NCBI GenBank assembly: GCA_950097015.1 | Contig: CATNEN010000005.1 | Location: forward strand, 5,022,001 to 5,086,000 | From: Macrostomum hystrix | Taxonomy: Eukaryota > Animalia > Platyhelminthes | Direction: 5' to 3' | DNA length: 64,000 bases | Notes under the pieces: generated by a model | What the model was told of the DNA's origin: nothing | Database searches by the model: none | What the model saw: the letters and a program-made list of their open reading frames with translations, nothing else | Program-made: the position numbers and the translations under genes | Shown: piece after piece, positions 43,931 through 56,339 of the stretch | Layout: every line of letters begins with the position of its first letter | Numbering within the stretch: the first letter of the stretch is position 1

Positions 43931-44894
43931 TGACGTAAACCTAGCCTCATGCCATCCTCACGATATTTGAAAACAATGTGCGATGGCTGCGATACTGCCT
44001 AAAATTAGCAGATACGATGAAGACAAATATGCATTGCCTGTTTTTGCATCGATATATGCCATGGTCGTGCGTGTGAATGGCTCTAAAATATGAAAGCGTG
44101 AGGATGGCGTGAGGATGGCGTGAGGATGGCTTCCCAAAGATGCACATACGCTCGTATCAACTAATTCGTGCGATGATTTCTAAATCCTACATAGGCACGT
44201 GCCAGTAATAACTGTGTGAAATTTCAAATCAAGGCATCAAATTCTTTGCCTTTTAGGCACGTCGGAGAAACTAAATCGGCTGAAGTATGTGGTGTCTTGC
44301 TGCGATAAAAGAACGTATTATAGGGTACATTGAGAAAGCACACATATCGCATAGCTACTCTCCTGAACTACAAAAATTCGAAAACCGCAACTTTGCGATG
44401 GCCCTAGTTGCTGAGATCGACGTCATTATGCATGAACATAAAATGGCACAAATTTGTCCCCGGCGTTATCAAAATTATTTCAAGCAAACTAACAAAACAT
44501 TTGTCGCTGGAGACAACAATGTCGACAAACAACAAAGTCTAACTTAGAGTTAAAACCAAAATTAACATTAAAGATATTCGAGTATATCCGAGAAGACTAC
44601 ACTCAGTCTGTTGTTATTTATTGCATCAGTTACTTCTCCCACTTTGAATGTAAGCAAGACTTTCAATAGAATAGAAAGATTTAGATTTTCTTATTTCAAA
44701 AAGAAATGTTATCGCATGTTTTTTATTTTTAGTTGCAAATAAATTAGTCATAGCATAAATTCATAATAAATTACATTTGCAAGTTATAAAAAAGGAACAA
44801 TTTGGAATAGAAATAAGCAAGACAGAACTTGCTACAAAGTTAGGAGTATAGAAAAATTACATGCAAAAATATAGAATGCAAAGTATAAAATACA

Positions 44895-47235
44895 GATAAA
44901 GTATTAATAATAATAAATGATGTGGAGTGTGCTGCTGGAATCGAGTGGGAATGTGAGCCAGCATAATTTTTCAAATTTTTAAGTAACTAATAATTGCGAC
45001 CCACATAGCAGCTGGCCACAAAACAAGATCATTAATCTTAGGGCCGGGTTTGATGCGGCGGTGAATCAAGTAGCTGTCGAATCCTCTCTCTCCGGAGTTG
45101 TCTAGACTCCCCGTAGGAATGACTGATCGCGGCCATAATGCTACTGTATGAACTAGTTTAGGTCATAATTCCCCTCCAAACCGCGATCAGATATAGGGGC
45201 TCACTCACGCGTTATGAGTGATCATAAAATTCTTCATGTCCCCGCTTCTTTACAGTATTCGAGCCCAGCTCGGCTTCATGACCTCCTTCCTTTAGATACA
45301 TGTAAACATCACTGTAGGCAGGTCGGCGCCTGCGCTTCCATTGTCCCGGCGGAGTAACAATTGTTGGCCGTCTGCCGATGGCTGCTCTCGATGAGCACCT
45401 GTCGTTTCCCGCCGCCGGTTCATTGGGCAATTGGGGCAGCCTGTCGTCGCTTCGATTCCCCGTTGACAGGCGGGCGTGAATGTGGGTTGCTTTGATGGAT
45501 GTCGGGGTTGGCGTGCTGCAAGGCCTATTTAAGCAAGCGCGCGGCGCTGCTTCCTGGAGGACCTTTTTCCCCGACCGGCTTTTCCCCTTCTTCCCTGCCG
45601 GGCTTACTTTTGCCGGGCCGGACTCCCACCGGACCCAGAGCACCTTCCCGGACCCACTTAGGGCATAGACCCTAGAGCTCATAGCTCCACAGTTAGCGCA
45701 GGCCCATTGCCTGTCCCCATTCCCCCTGAGCGCGAGCCACCTCTTTAGGTGAGCTGTTAAATTGAGCCTTGAGCTCCAAGCGTGTTGGCCCCCTTGCCGA
45801 CTCGCAGCATCTTTCCCTTCCCGGCTTTTGCTATCTTACCCCATCCTCTTCCCCGAGAACAACGGGGTTGCAGCACGCGGCCGAAGCGACTCCAGATAAG
45901 TAATCCGCGCAGCGGTTTGCAATTATTGCTCCTAAGGGGCTTTCTATTAGTCAGGCGGCATTTAGTGGGAGGGAAGCTAGGAATTGTTTCGCCTAATAAA
46001 CTATCCAATCTAAGCACCTTTAACTTATTGGGCTTAACTTTATAACAATTTAATTTCTTTTATTATGTCTCCTTTCCACCTTTATTTTAACCTTAGACAG
46101 CCCTCTACCATGAGTGGCTAATCTATTAGGGGAATGGGCTCTGGCACGGCCGAGCTGAAAGCTGCGGCTGGAAGGCAATTGTAAGCGCGCATGAGAGTAA
46201 TATGGAGCTAGGGATTTGTAAGTAAATGCGGAGGGTAGCATGTGCATTTCCTTTCCAGGGGGTTGGGGGAATCCTTGGCCGGTTTTCCTTCTCCCTCTTG
46301 GGCGGGTTCAAGGTACGTGTCGAGCTCCCTTTCCAATGGAGTTTTCCCGCTGTCCCCCTTTCGCACCTGCGGCCACGGGAACGAGAGTGATGTTCATTTA
46401 AGCACGCTTGCATAATCACTCAGCCAGTGTTCAGCTTAACCTCTCCTGCCTCTGTTTTCCTCAGCTCACACAGACTCGGTTTGCTAGCTATCTAATGTGT
46501 AGGCTGTAGTCTAATGTACAGAATGTGTCCGATGTCCCATGAGTAGGATTCTGGCTATGGGTTTCTCTTTCAGGTTCTGAGTACCACCTTTCTAGACCAC
46601 TGTAGCGCAATTTCAGGAATCCCCTGGTGAGGCGTGTCTCGATCCATTCTGGGGTCTTCACCCTAGTCTAAAACGGAAGTTACAGAAGGCCCTATTTTTT
46701 CGGCTTGTCTAAGATCTGTGTGACAAACTAGGAGCCGCGAGCTCCGGGGACCCAAGTTCCCAAATGTCTGCGGTGGCAACGTAGGCGCATTGGGTGGTGG
46801 CGCTACCCTAGATCATTTTTCCGCTTGCCGATAGCCTTTCCACATTTCTAAGACAAGAGCCTAGGCCGAGTCGACCACTGCTACCGAGTTTAGGGGTCAG
46901 TTACGAACATGCTACTGATGACAGTAGGCTGCATAGCCCTGTCCTATCCGTTTGCGGGTAGTCCGACATCTATTTAGACTTTTAGCCGGTTTCGAGCACT
47001 GCTTGGGGTAGGCACGGCAGTCATGCCTGTGGCCTATGGGTTGAGTGGGACTGGCCAGCCTGAGGCCGAGAGGACCACTCCCTGCATCCACTGTCTCTCC
47101 CTTCATCTCTCCCTTCATCCCTCTTTCCGCGGCAACTCGCGAGACTTTGCGGTACGACTTCTGACTCTATCGCCATCCCCACACTCCTTTCCTTCACGAG
47201 GACAGATCATCGGATTGCAAACCCGCAGCTATTTC
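44895..47235 (-). mobile_element. 2.3-kb retroposon-like insertion without recognisable RT
   Basis: 10-bp TSD ATAAAATACA (44885-44894, 47236-47245); (TTA)n near the minus-strand 3' end; flanks are contiguous in the paralogous region 62290-62600. Confidence 0.6.
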
Positions 47236-47419
47236 ATAAAATACAACGCAAACAGGCAGCATAGACATGGGGTCAAAATATTACAAATTTAAATACATAG
47301 CAAGAAATATCTTTGTGTACTATACTCAACGTAAATAACTTAGCGCGTTTCTAAAGCATGCACGAAAATAATTGAAAGGAAGACGAATGAGTTTTATACG
47401 TCACAAACACTACAAAATT

Positions 47420-48730
47420 TAATAAGTAAAGCTATTTCAAAAAAATTTAGACCACTGTACACATTATACTACCAATACACTAAATCAATCTCAAACAGGC
47501 CGACTGCCTCCGTAGCTGTCGGGGAAGCTGCCACGATACATGCAAGCGCATGCTGAACAAGTGCTTTGCTAGCAACATGCAGTGCGTTGTCAATTGGTCA
47601 GGACGACAGAGTCGGCGAGACTGCGCGAGGCCGAAACAGGCGTGGAGTTGTCGGACAACGAGCTGGGATTCTGCAATTTCATCAGTATTTTCTTAGGTAA
47701 GATATTCATCTTATATTGATATTTAGGCAACATGAAATTGTTATGGGCAAATTAGGCAATCATGTCATGAGCATTTCGTCATTGAGACTCTGAACACATT
47801 TTCAGACGCTGTCGCCGTGCTTTACCACCAGCAAAGTCGACCATCGGAGTTCGACGTGGAGAAGGAGATTAAAAACCTCCTAAAACACGCAGCCGAGAGG
47901 CTGGCGGCAAAGGAGCGGCGAGTCAGTGCCGGGCAGCGCAACGCGGCGGCGGCTAAAAATACGGCATCTGGAGGTGCGGCGGTCGGATCTGCGGAGGCCG
48001 GAGCTTCAGCGGCCTTAGCTGCGGAGGCCGGAGCTGCGGCATCTGGAGGTGCGGCGGTCGGAGCTGCGGCATCTGGAGTTACGGCGGCTCGAAAGCGCCC
48101 TCGAGTTCCGAGCAGCAGCTCAGAAGATGAATATTTATAAATTGTCTCTCACTCATAAGTCCCACCTTTCGTTTATATTTCGGAACTATAATTAGTATGC
48201 TGCTACTAACGACTTGCTAGTGAGTAGCTAAAATGGGACATGAGTGGCACAATTTATACTCCAAATTGTATTTATGTCTTGATGTATACATATAAAATTT
48301 TGTGAATACTACTATTAGTAGTGTAGCTCTGTATAAAAAATCGTGCAAGACAAAAATAATACTCACCAAACGCTCTTGCTCCACTCGGGAATTCCGGAAA
48401 TTCACGTAGGCACTCCAACTCGAAATCGGAGAGAAATCCGGTTGCCCAGCATTGTTAGACCGCTGACCGAGCTGCTGCACACCGAGCTGCCGCTGCTGCA
48501 TAAATTCAGTCAGTCTAGCCGAGATAGCATCAACTGACGAATTCATGTCTCTCCGGAGAGCTTCGACAGCGGCCTGTGTCTCATAGCATCTCCTAGCAGT
48601 CAGAGTCGCCAAATAGATGGCCGTCTGCAGGGATGCAGGGTCCAGGCCGCTTCTTCGCAGCCGGTTCTGCGTTCCGGCCATAGAGGAGCCCGGTTGGCCT
48701 AGGAAGCTGCCATTGTCTGTTGACAACGTT
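47420..48730. pseudogene. BEN/DUF4806-like gene, copy 1, broken by an internal inversion
   Basis: Exon A on minus (48720-48365, ends EQERL|gtgagt); exons B (about 47510-47698) and C (47806-48140) on plus. Motifs NWSGR and DVEKEIKNLLKHAAERL. Confidence 0.6.
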
Positions 48731-48934
48731 AATTGAACGGACGGGTTGATATGTAAGTTTGTAACTAAGCAAGTCTATTTGCGAATAACCAATCAATAAG
48801 ATTGTGAATGGATCAGTGAGTCTCAATGATTCAATAGTGAGTCTACAAATGAGTGAATGCAGAAATATTATTTTGAAACCTTACCATCAGCTACTTCCTG
48901 ATGGACCGCTGTTGATAATGATAAAGATAAAGAT

Positions 48935-49450
48935 AATGACCATGATCCCCAAGTTGACAAAGATTCCTAGTTGACAGTGATCCACAAGTTGACAATGATC
49001 ACTCAGTTGATTATGATCACTCAGTTGATTATGATCACCCAGTTGACAATTATCCCCCAGTTGACAATGATCACCCAGTTGAAAATGATCCCCCAGTTGA
49101 CCATGATCCCGAAGTTGACAAAGATTCCCAGTTGACAATGATCTACAAGTTGACAATGACCACTCAGTTGATTATGATCCCCCAGTTGACAATGATCACT
49201 CAGTTGAAAATGATCCCCCAGTTGACCATGATCCCGAAGTTGACAAAGATTCCCAGTTGACAATGATCTACAAGTTGACAATGATCACTCAGTTGATTAT
49301 GATCACCCAGTTGACAATGATCCTCCAGTTGACAATGATCCCCCAGTTGACAATGATCCCCCAGTTGACAATGTACCTCCCCTGTTGACCATGATCCCCC
49401 AGTTAACAAAGATCCCCAAGTTGATCATGATACCCCAGTTAACAATGATC
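48935..49450. repeat. 18-bp minisatellite (CAGTTGACAATGATCCCC-type), close to 30 units
   Basis: Periodic (C/A)AGTTGA core; explains the overlapping DHCQLG / MIPQLT ORFs. Confidence 0.95.
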
Positions 49451-49656
49451 CCTGAATTGCTTCAGTTCAACCAGCTGTTAAATTGGTACCAGCATCAGCT
49501 GAGATACTTGAAAGGTGGGTGTGGCATCCCCCCAGTCCATGGACTGAACAGCTATACGCAACCTTCAGATGCGCCGCGCCATAGCTGCTGCTGTGCTGTC
49601 GGCTGCACATTTGGCCCAATTGGGGCAGGTGTAATCAATTATTATTATTATTATGG
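49450..49656 (+). mobile_element. 5'-truncated SINE (family 2) with (ATT)n tail
   Basis: Homologous to 54300-54535, 54760-55046 and 55075-55265; core CAGCTGTTAAATTGGTACC. Confidence 0.65.
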
Positions 49657-49896
49657 TGGTATGTAATTCTATGGTAATGTGTTTACATAATGGCGAAGTG
49701 ATTTGGAGAGTCGTCGATTTACGCTCGTAAAGCAGGTCGCTCAATTGTGAGGGCGACCGGCATTATGCATTTTGGCGCTGATTCATTTCTTAAATTCTAA
49801 CAGCAACTGCGCACTTGGTGTGGCCTCTGATGCGCAAGTTGACAAGATTTTTTGGCTCAGTTGTGCCAGCTCAGTATTATTTACTTATTAAGTATT

Positions 49897-52800
49897 TTAG
49901 ACAGATGAGCCGCCTTCAGGAAAACGATCCCAAAAGATTCGATCGCAGGTGATAGCACTAGCTGTGTCAGCATTATGTTTTGCTGCATAACGTTTAAATT
50001 TCGAAATTAAAGAAGTAAGAGTCAATGAAAATAAATATAAATTTCTAACGCAGTTCAGTATAAAGAATAATTCTGACTGTGGCTGCTTAATTGCTGCACA
50101 AAGAACGTTAAATTTTCTGTATAAATAGTAAAAGGATGCATAGCGGGAGAAAAAAGTAAACACCAAGTATCTGTATACATATGGGATAGGCCTGGGATAG
50201 GATTTGGATTGCACTCAAACCGGAAAGTTTTGTAGAATTAAATATCTGCAGGGTACTAAATGCAAAGCAACTGAAGAAGAGTGAAATTGAACAGACCACA
50301 GTAAATTACAGAAATAAAAATGGGAAAGCTTAAAGAGCAATAATAAAAGAGCCCGCTTTTACCTGATAAAGGCACTTTGAGTTTTTCTTTCGTACAAAAT
50401 GCCTGTTGTGACTATTAATTAGTAAAAACTTATTTTCGAATTTATTTCTCACGCCGAACAGTTATATTGCAGTGATTATGCCGCTAAACAGTACGGCAAC
50501 AGTTTCATGACGCTCGAACTTCCGAGGAGCAATCTTAGAATAGACACTAATATCAATGTCATCCGCAGCTTCCATTTCTCGACGCACCTGACCGTGTACC
50601 GGGCGTCAGGTGTTCATGGAGAATATCTGGAAGAAATTCGGAATGTTTTAAACCCAATTTACATACGAGTATTTATCTTTGTCTAGAATGATTGTCCTTA
50701 ATCAAAATTATAAACGTATATTACCAAATTTGTAAAGGGATCAGTGTCATTGACAATACAACAACAACAACAACAACGAACAACTGTCATTGAAAATGGC
50801 AATTAGAAATATAATTACTGATTATTGTCTACAACCGTAATTGTAGACAATACAATAGCCTGGGGAATTTCATGGTCTACCCCAACTAAATTTTGAGAGA
50901 TCCAGAGGGGAAGTAAAATACAATGTGCAGCCACCAGGCGTCATAAAAAGAACAAGGAAGAAGCGTGCTGGCATCGGTTAGTGTGTTTGAGCTGCGAAAA
51001 TTTGGGATTTGGGAATCTTTAGTATTTAGGATCTTTAGTGTATTGGGGATTACGGGATATAACCTAGCCCAGATTCAGGGGCGGTTTACAGATTTATGGA
51101 AACGGCATGTGATTCTGTGGCTTGGGATTCAGTGTTAACTATTCCATGGAAAATTTTTGCATTTTCGGAACAATTAGCTATCAAAACTTAGCATTGCCCA
51201 ACCTCAGACAGGAATTTTTGGCTGTGGGAGTTTCTGTACCAGTTACTCGAAACTCCGTCTGTCGCTGACCTGTCGCCACCCTACTTGCGCTGGGAGAACA
51301 AGCTGGATGGCATTTTCCAAATTCTAAACCCAACCGGCCTAGCAGAGGCCTGGGGCAGTCACAAGCGGTGGGACATGAGCTTTGAAACGATGAAGCGAGC
51401 GCTGAGGCATTACTACGAGGACAAGCTTATCACCAAGACCCCCCCGAAGAGACAAGCACTTTTACAAATTTCACTTCGACCACGAGAAAGTAAAACTTTT
51501 TTTAGAAAATGACTGAGACAAAATGACACCCAAATCAGAAATCCCATAATTTAATTAATACCTCAGAAATCCCTACATTGCCCTAGAAATCACATGATCC
51601 GGACAATGACTCAGAATTACATCACGGATTGTCTGATTGTCAGTTGCGCTACTTCACTCATGTAAACTATTGTTTCTTACGGCCATGTTTTGTTCTGTTT
51701 TCTTGTGTTTTCTCATATTGTCCATGCATGACTTATCATCAGTAATTAAGCCTTAATTTCGAAGACATGTAATTGAGACCGACTGTTTCCTATAAAAGTA
51801 TGAGATCTACGAGTACTTATAAGTGCTATACTATAAATAAACTAATAGTTGCTGCACATTATTTCATAAACTAAAAAACAAAAAAGCACACTTAACGTTG
51901 TTGCGAGTGCAGCCGTGGAACTCTATTGACATGACAAGGAGTTCGTGAAGGTCGCTGTCGTTCTCTAACCTGCTAAACTCGGCCAGATGCAGCTAGCCGG
52001 GACGCTGGGCAAACTTGTGCTCGACGCTGACTGAAATTCCCATGCTGCAGAGGGTTAGATCAATTCATTTATCTCATTTTGAATTCCTAATGTGAATTTA
52101 AACTCAAACTGCTTAAGAAGAAAGTAACTGCATACCTGTACATCCGAGGTAAAAGCTAAGAGCAAAGTCGATCGTCGGTACATTTTCTGCCGACCACCTT
52201 GCAACACACGTCTCAGGATTTTCTGGAACGGGGAAAACTAAAATTGGAATTTGACAGTATACAGTTTTTGCTTTCGGTTGAAATTTGATCCCTGTCAACT
52301 ATGAATTTCAGCTACATTTCAGCAAGCCTTTAAGGGACAGATGCGATTATAGCCAGCTATTATATTAAGTCATTCTGAGAAGCTAAGCATGCATGCATGT
52401 TAAGTGCAGAAACACAGAGCAAGGTGCAATAGCTCAATAAATATGTTTGTTGTCGTTCAAAGCTAAATCACTTTATAAATACTTATGCATGCAGTGCATG
52501 TAATAAATAAATAAGTGTGAAATAAATAAAGACACGAAGGCATAGATATCCAAAAATGCAGAGCTGCTATAGCCTATAAATTGGCGCTATATCCATATAA
52601 TCCATGGATCGACGATTGATCTATCTGCGTACATGCATGCTCTGAAAGGCGAAAAGGAGTTTTAAGGCGCAAAAATGTTATTATTTAAATACGTAATTAA
52701 TATTTGGCATGCAACGCAAATATCATTATTTAGTAAAAATATGCAACTTTAATAAATGCTTTATCCAATGGCAACAAGGGCATGCATCCAACTCTAAGCG

Positions 52801-53495
52801 AATGCTTGAAGTTGGCTTATGGAATGAGCTGCATGGTTAAACACGAAGTGCGGCACGTACGACAAAAAGACTAACGTTATAGCATTTAGTTACTGTCATA
52901 TTAAAGGTGAGTGCATTTTGCTTTATTGTAATATTGTGTTAGCATTTGTTGTGTGAATTGCAGCATGTTAAACTACGTGTAGCTAATGGCTAGAAAGAGA
53001 TTTAGTTTTACCACCTAGCACCAATATGAAGTTTTTAAAGGAAAGTAAAACCTGCAAAACCGGGTATATCTTTTTAGGATGTTTAAAAGCATATTTTAAG
53101 AATTGTTAAAAAACTGTCAAGAATAGAGAAGAACTATAAAATAGCAAAGTGGTTTAACAAACCTTTTTATTTCGTTCCACCGGAAGGTAGGTGCCGGGGC
53201 GGGGTGAAGTTGGTTGATGCCCCGGCACCAAGTTGGGTTTGGTTCCCAACTCTACTAGTACAATTTATGCCCTCTGGCATGACGCCTAACTTATTTGCTT
53301 CAGTAGGTGCCGGGGCGGGGTGAAGTTGGTTGATGCCCCGGCACCTACCTTCACCTTCCACACGACACGTTTGCCCTGGCCCACCGTGTGTGGCTCAAGA
53401 AGCCACGGTGAGCCAGGGCCCTGCTGCTGCCCCTGCTGCTGCTGGGGCTGCTGCTGCTGCTGCAGCTGCTGCTGCTCATTTTCCATATTTCGCAT
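49897..53495 (-). other. Tentative multi-exon gene of unknown function starting with a poly-Q exon
   Basis: Poly-Q ORF 53286-53495 and short open segments bounded by AG/GT (about 52224-52139, 52047-51972, 50120-50060, 49985-49897). Exon chaining is not verified. Confidence 0.25.
51210..51512 (+). CDS. ETS DNA-binding domain exon (ELF/E74-like), with an apparent 1-nt frameshift near the end
   Basis: WLWEFLYQLL...YLRWENKLDGIFQIL...AEAWG...MSFETMKRALRHYY. Removing one C from the C7 run restores a terminal HFYKF. Confidence 0.85.
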   Translation, partial: RNFWLWEFLYQLLETPSVADLSPPYLRWENKLDGIFQILNPTGLAEAWGSHKRWDMSFETMKRALRHYYEDKLITKTPPKRQALLQISLRPRESKTFFRK

Positions 53496-54299
53496 GGAAA
53501 ATGCGAACGATGAATTTGAACGATGAACGATGAACGATGAATCTTTATCCGACAGTAGATAGACCTAACTGGCAATCTATCTGAAATTAAGTGGTTTCAG
53601 TCAAATTCGTATCTTTTTAATCAAGATCGTATGAACAGATCTTTGTATGATTATCGATTTTTAAGAACACTCAGCACTGAAATCTCAGAGGAATCAAATG
53701 AGAAGCAATCAAAAGAATTTCGAAGGAATTAAACAAATAAAAGAAATTCAAAGACAGACGAAACAATTCTAGGTTTCGGCAAGAGTGTTCTATTAAATAA
53801 ATTCTGCTGACTGGTAAGTTACTAGTTTCAATTGTAGCTCGAACATTTTTTATCAGACTAATTTAAATGGCTAATAGTAATAAGTTTTTCAGCTATTAAA
53901 ATATTCAACATTATTGAACAGGTACTTATCACACTAGCTGGAATGGTGGCATTGTTGACTGGCTTAAGGCAGTACTACCTAGCAACTGCTTTCCTTACAT
54001 CAGTGCATCTGAGAACTGGTCACATTGTAAGTGCTTGACTAATCATGATCCTTTTGTGAAATACTTGGCACCTAACCCACAATTGATAGCTACTAGCTTT
54101 TTGAGCCATTGGTTTCGATTATAAATGTGTACAGGTTCAGTTTGTCTAAAAAGGTGCTATGCATGCATATTTGAACTAAAAGGCTTACTAAACATAGACC
54201 ACCTTTGTATGTCAGACCCTAAAGTGTCATAAAAATTATAGCCATTCATTGGCTATTGACAGCTGTTGGTACTAGCTAGGGTTATTTGGTCTGCTGCAT

Positions 54300-54535
54300 T
54301 CATGTGAGACAATTTGTGTCCTTTAGCAAGACACTAATTTAACTCTGCATTGCTTCAGTTCACCCAGCTGTTAAATGGTACCAGCATTCGCTGGGATATT
54401 TGAAGGTGGGTGTGGCGTCCCCCCAGACCATGGACTGTACAGCTGTACGCAGTCTTCAGATGCGCCGTGCAATAGCTCCGACTGTGCTGTCGGCTGCACA
54501 TCTGGCCCAATTGGTGTAATCAATTATTAGTTATT
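54300..54535 (+). mobile_element. SINE family 2 body
   Basis: GTGTCCTTTAGCAAGACACT...CCCAGCTGTTAAATGGTACC core; homologous to the other copies. Confidence 0.65.
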
Positions 54536-54759
54536 TGCATCCATGTACAAGGTTGGTTTAAAAACACCTTTGTTCATTTATTAGTAGCTCTGATAACTTT
54601 AGAGATGGATGTGTAGTAGATCTTGAAACAGCAGCAAGTTAATGCAAGATAAATTACTTGTACTGGTATCTAGTATTTTGTCCTACCATAGCCAGTGATC
54701 CCAGTGTATACATGAGTTATTTGGTCTGGTTCAATAGTATTTAGCAGCTAAGTGTCGTC

Positions 54760-55046
54760 AAACTTATTAGCCTGTGGGCCACGTACAGAACTATTGTGCA
54801 GCGCATCTGAAGACTGTGTACGGCTATGGACTACAGCCAGTACACTCCATTGACTGGGGGGAGGCTACACCCACCATAAGTTACCACAGCTAATACCGGT
54901 ACCCATCCATTTAATAGCTAGCTAGGTGAACTGAAGCAATTCAGAGTTAGTGCCTTTCTTAGAGACACAAATTGAAATAGGAGTCAGGAATCGAACCATC
55001 AAGCTTTAAGATGCGAGTCCAACGCTCTAACTGCTGGCTACAACCC
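54760..55046 (-). mobile_element. SINE family 2, full length with tRNA-derived head
   Basis: Head at 55046-54981 with A-box-like TAGCCAGCAGTTAG and B-box GGTTCGATTCC; body inverted relative to 54300-54535. Confidence 0.72.
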
Positions 55047-55074
55047 AGCTCTGACATGTTTTAACTTAAGAATT

Positions 55075-55265
55075 TTACGGCTGTAAAATGGGTACCAATA
55101 TTAACTAGGGGAACTGAATGTGGGTCTGGCATCCCTCAGTCCATGGACTGAACAGCCATGTGCAGCCTTTAGATACGAGCGTATGCTGCACAATAGCTGT
55201 GGCCGTGCTGTTGACCATACTGCACAATTGGCCGGATAGGTATAATAAATTATATTAATTACTTA
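55075..55265 (+). mobile_element. SINE family 2 partial copy
   Basis: GGCTGTAAAATGGGTACC...CAGTCCATGGACTGAACAGC homology to the other copies. Confidence 0.6.
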
Positions 55266-56339
55266 GCCTGTATATAATATATGTGCTATGTTATTTATTT
55301 TTCTGCTCTGTTTAATACATTTAAAACCAACAAGCTAACCAACAACTCTCTTAACCACCTTATCCTTTTCAAACAGGTTAAGGAATGGCAAGATTCTCAA
55401 TCTGCATGTACGAGAGCTTACTGGAACTTCTACTGTATCTGGTGCTTGGCCAACAAGAGCTAGCCTGAATGCTGCTGCCATCCAAGATTATGAAAGGCAT
55501 GATTGACTATAGCTCACTGTTAACTGACAGATCTTTGCTTCTTAATGCCTAAGCATGACCAAAACTGCATGCCACATACCTAAACCAGCTAATAAGTAAT
55601 AATACGACATTTTTCATGACAATTAGTTCTCATATCATAGCTATATAACAGTTTCTTTCTTTCACTGTTTCAATAAAATAGGCACTTGTGAAAGCCCAAG
55701 AATAAACAGAAGTTAGACTTGAAGTATCTAGAGCAGAAAATAGGAATTGTAACCTAGCTATATAGTATATAGGCATTTAAGCCTCACATGGTACAATTCA
55801 TTATAGTTGCAAAAATATGTATTTTTTGCTAAATAAAAATAAATATACACTATGCGCTTTAAAATAACACTCTTTTTGTAAAAAATATTCCTGTAGCTTC
55901 ATAATATATCCTAACTATGCTACACTGACATTGCTGATCAAATAGACTTTCACTTAATAATTAACTTATATAGATAAACCACAAAGTAATGGCGAGTTTG
56001 ATATCGGTGTTTATATTCACTTTGTCTTGTCTAATGAATTTTAGTGTCTTACTGTGAATAAGTTTTTGAGAATCGAATCGATCGAATCGAGAATTCTCAC
56101 GTACATAATAGCTAATTAATTGAGGATCCGATCAGGTCAAAGTGAAAGTTTGCAGTGCATGCGCTTTCAAAAACTTTGCTCAGGCCATTCTTTCGTTTTT
56201 AAGCTGCAATTTGAAACTAAAAAAATTGATTCTGACTTCTTATTAAGTTTAGTGCAACTGGCTTCTTCTGAGACAAAACTTTTTATTGCCTGCGGTCAAA
56301 ATACATGTGTTTGTTAAATTTTACATTCACATCGCATTT

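Noticed and set aside
46910-46990. Hammerhead ribozyme (CTGATGA followed by a stem)
   Set aside because: No GAAA after the stem and no stem III or cleavage triplet; the same applies to CTGATGA at about 42001.
47100-47235. HDV-like ribozyme at the 5' end of the 2.3-kb insertion
   Set aside because: I could not build a consistent P1/P3/P1.1 nested pseudoknot by hand; a covariance-model scan would settle it.
48887-49666. DHCQLG and MIPQLT repeat proteins
   Set aside because: Translations of the 18-bp minisatellite; frames shift and stop irregularly.
54981-55046. tRNA gene
   Set aside because: A and B boxes are present but acceptor and anticodon stems do not pair well, and it continues into a repeated SINE body.
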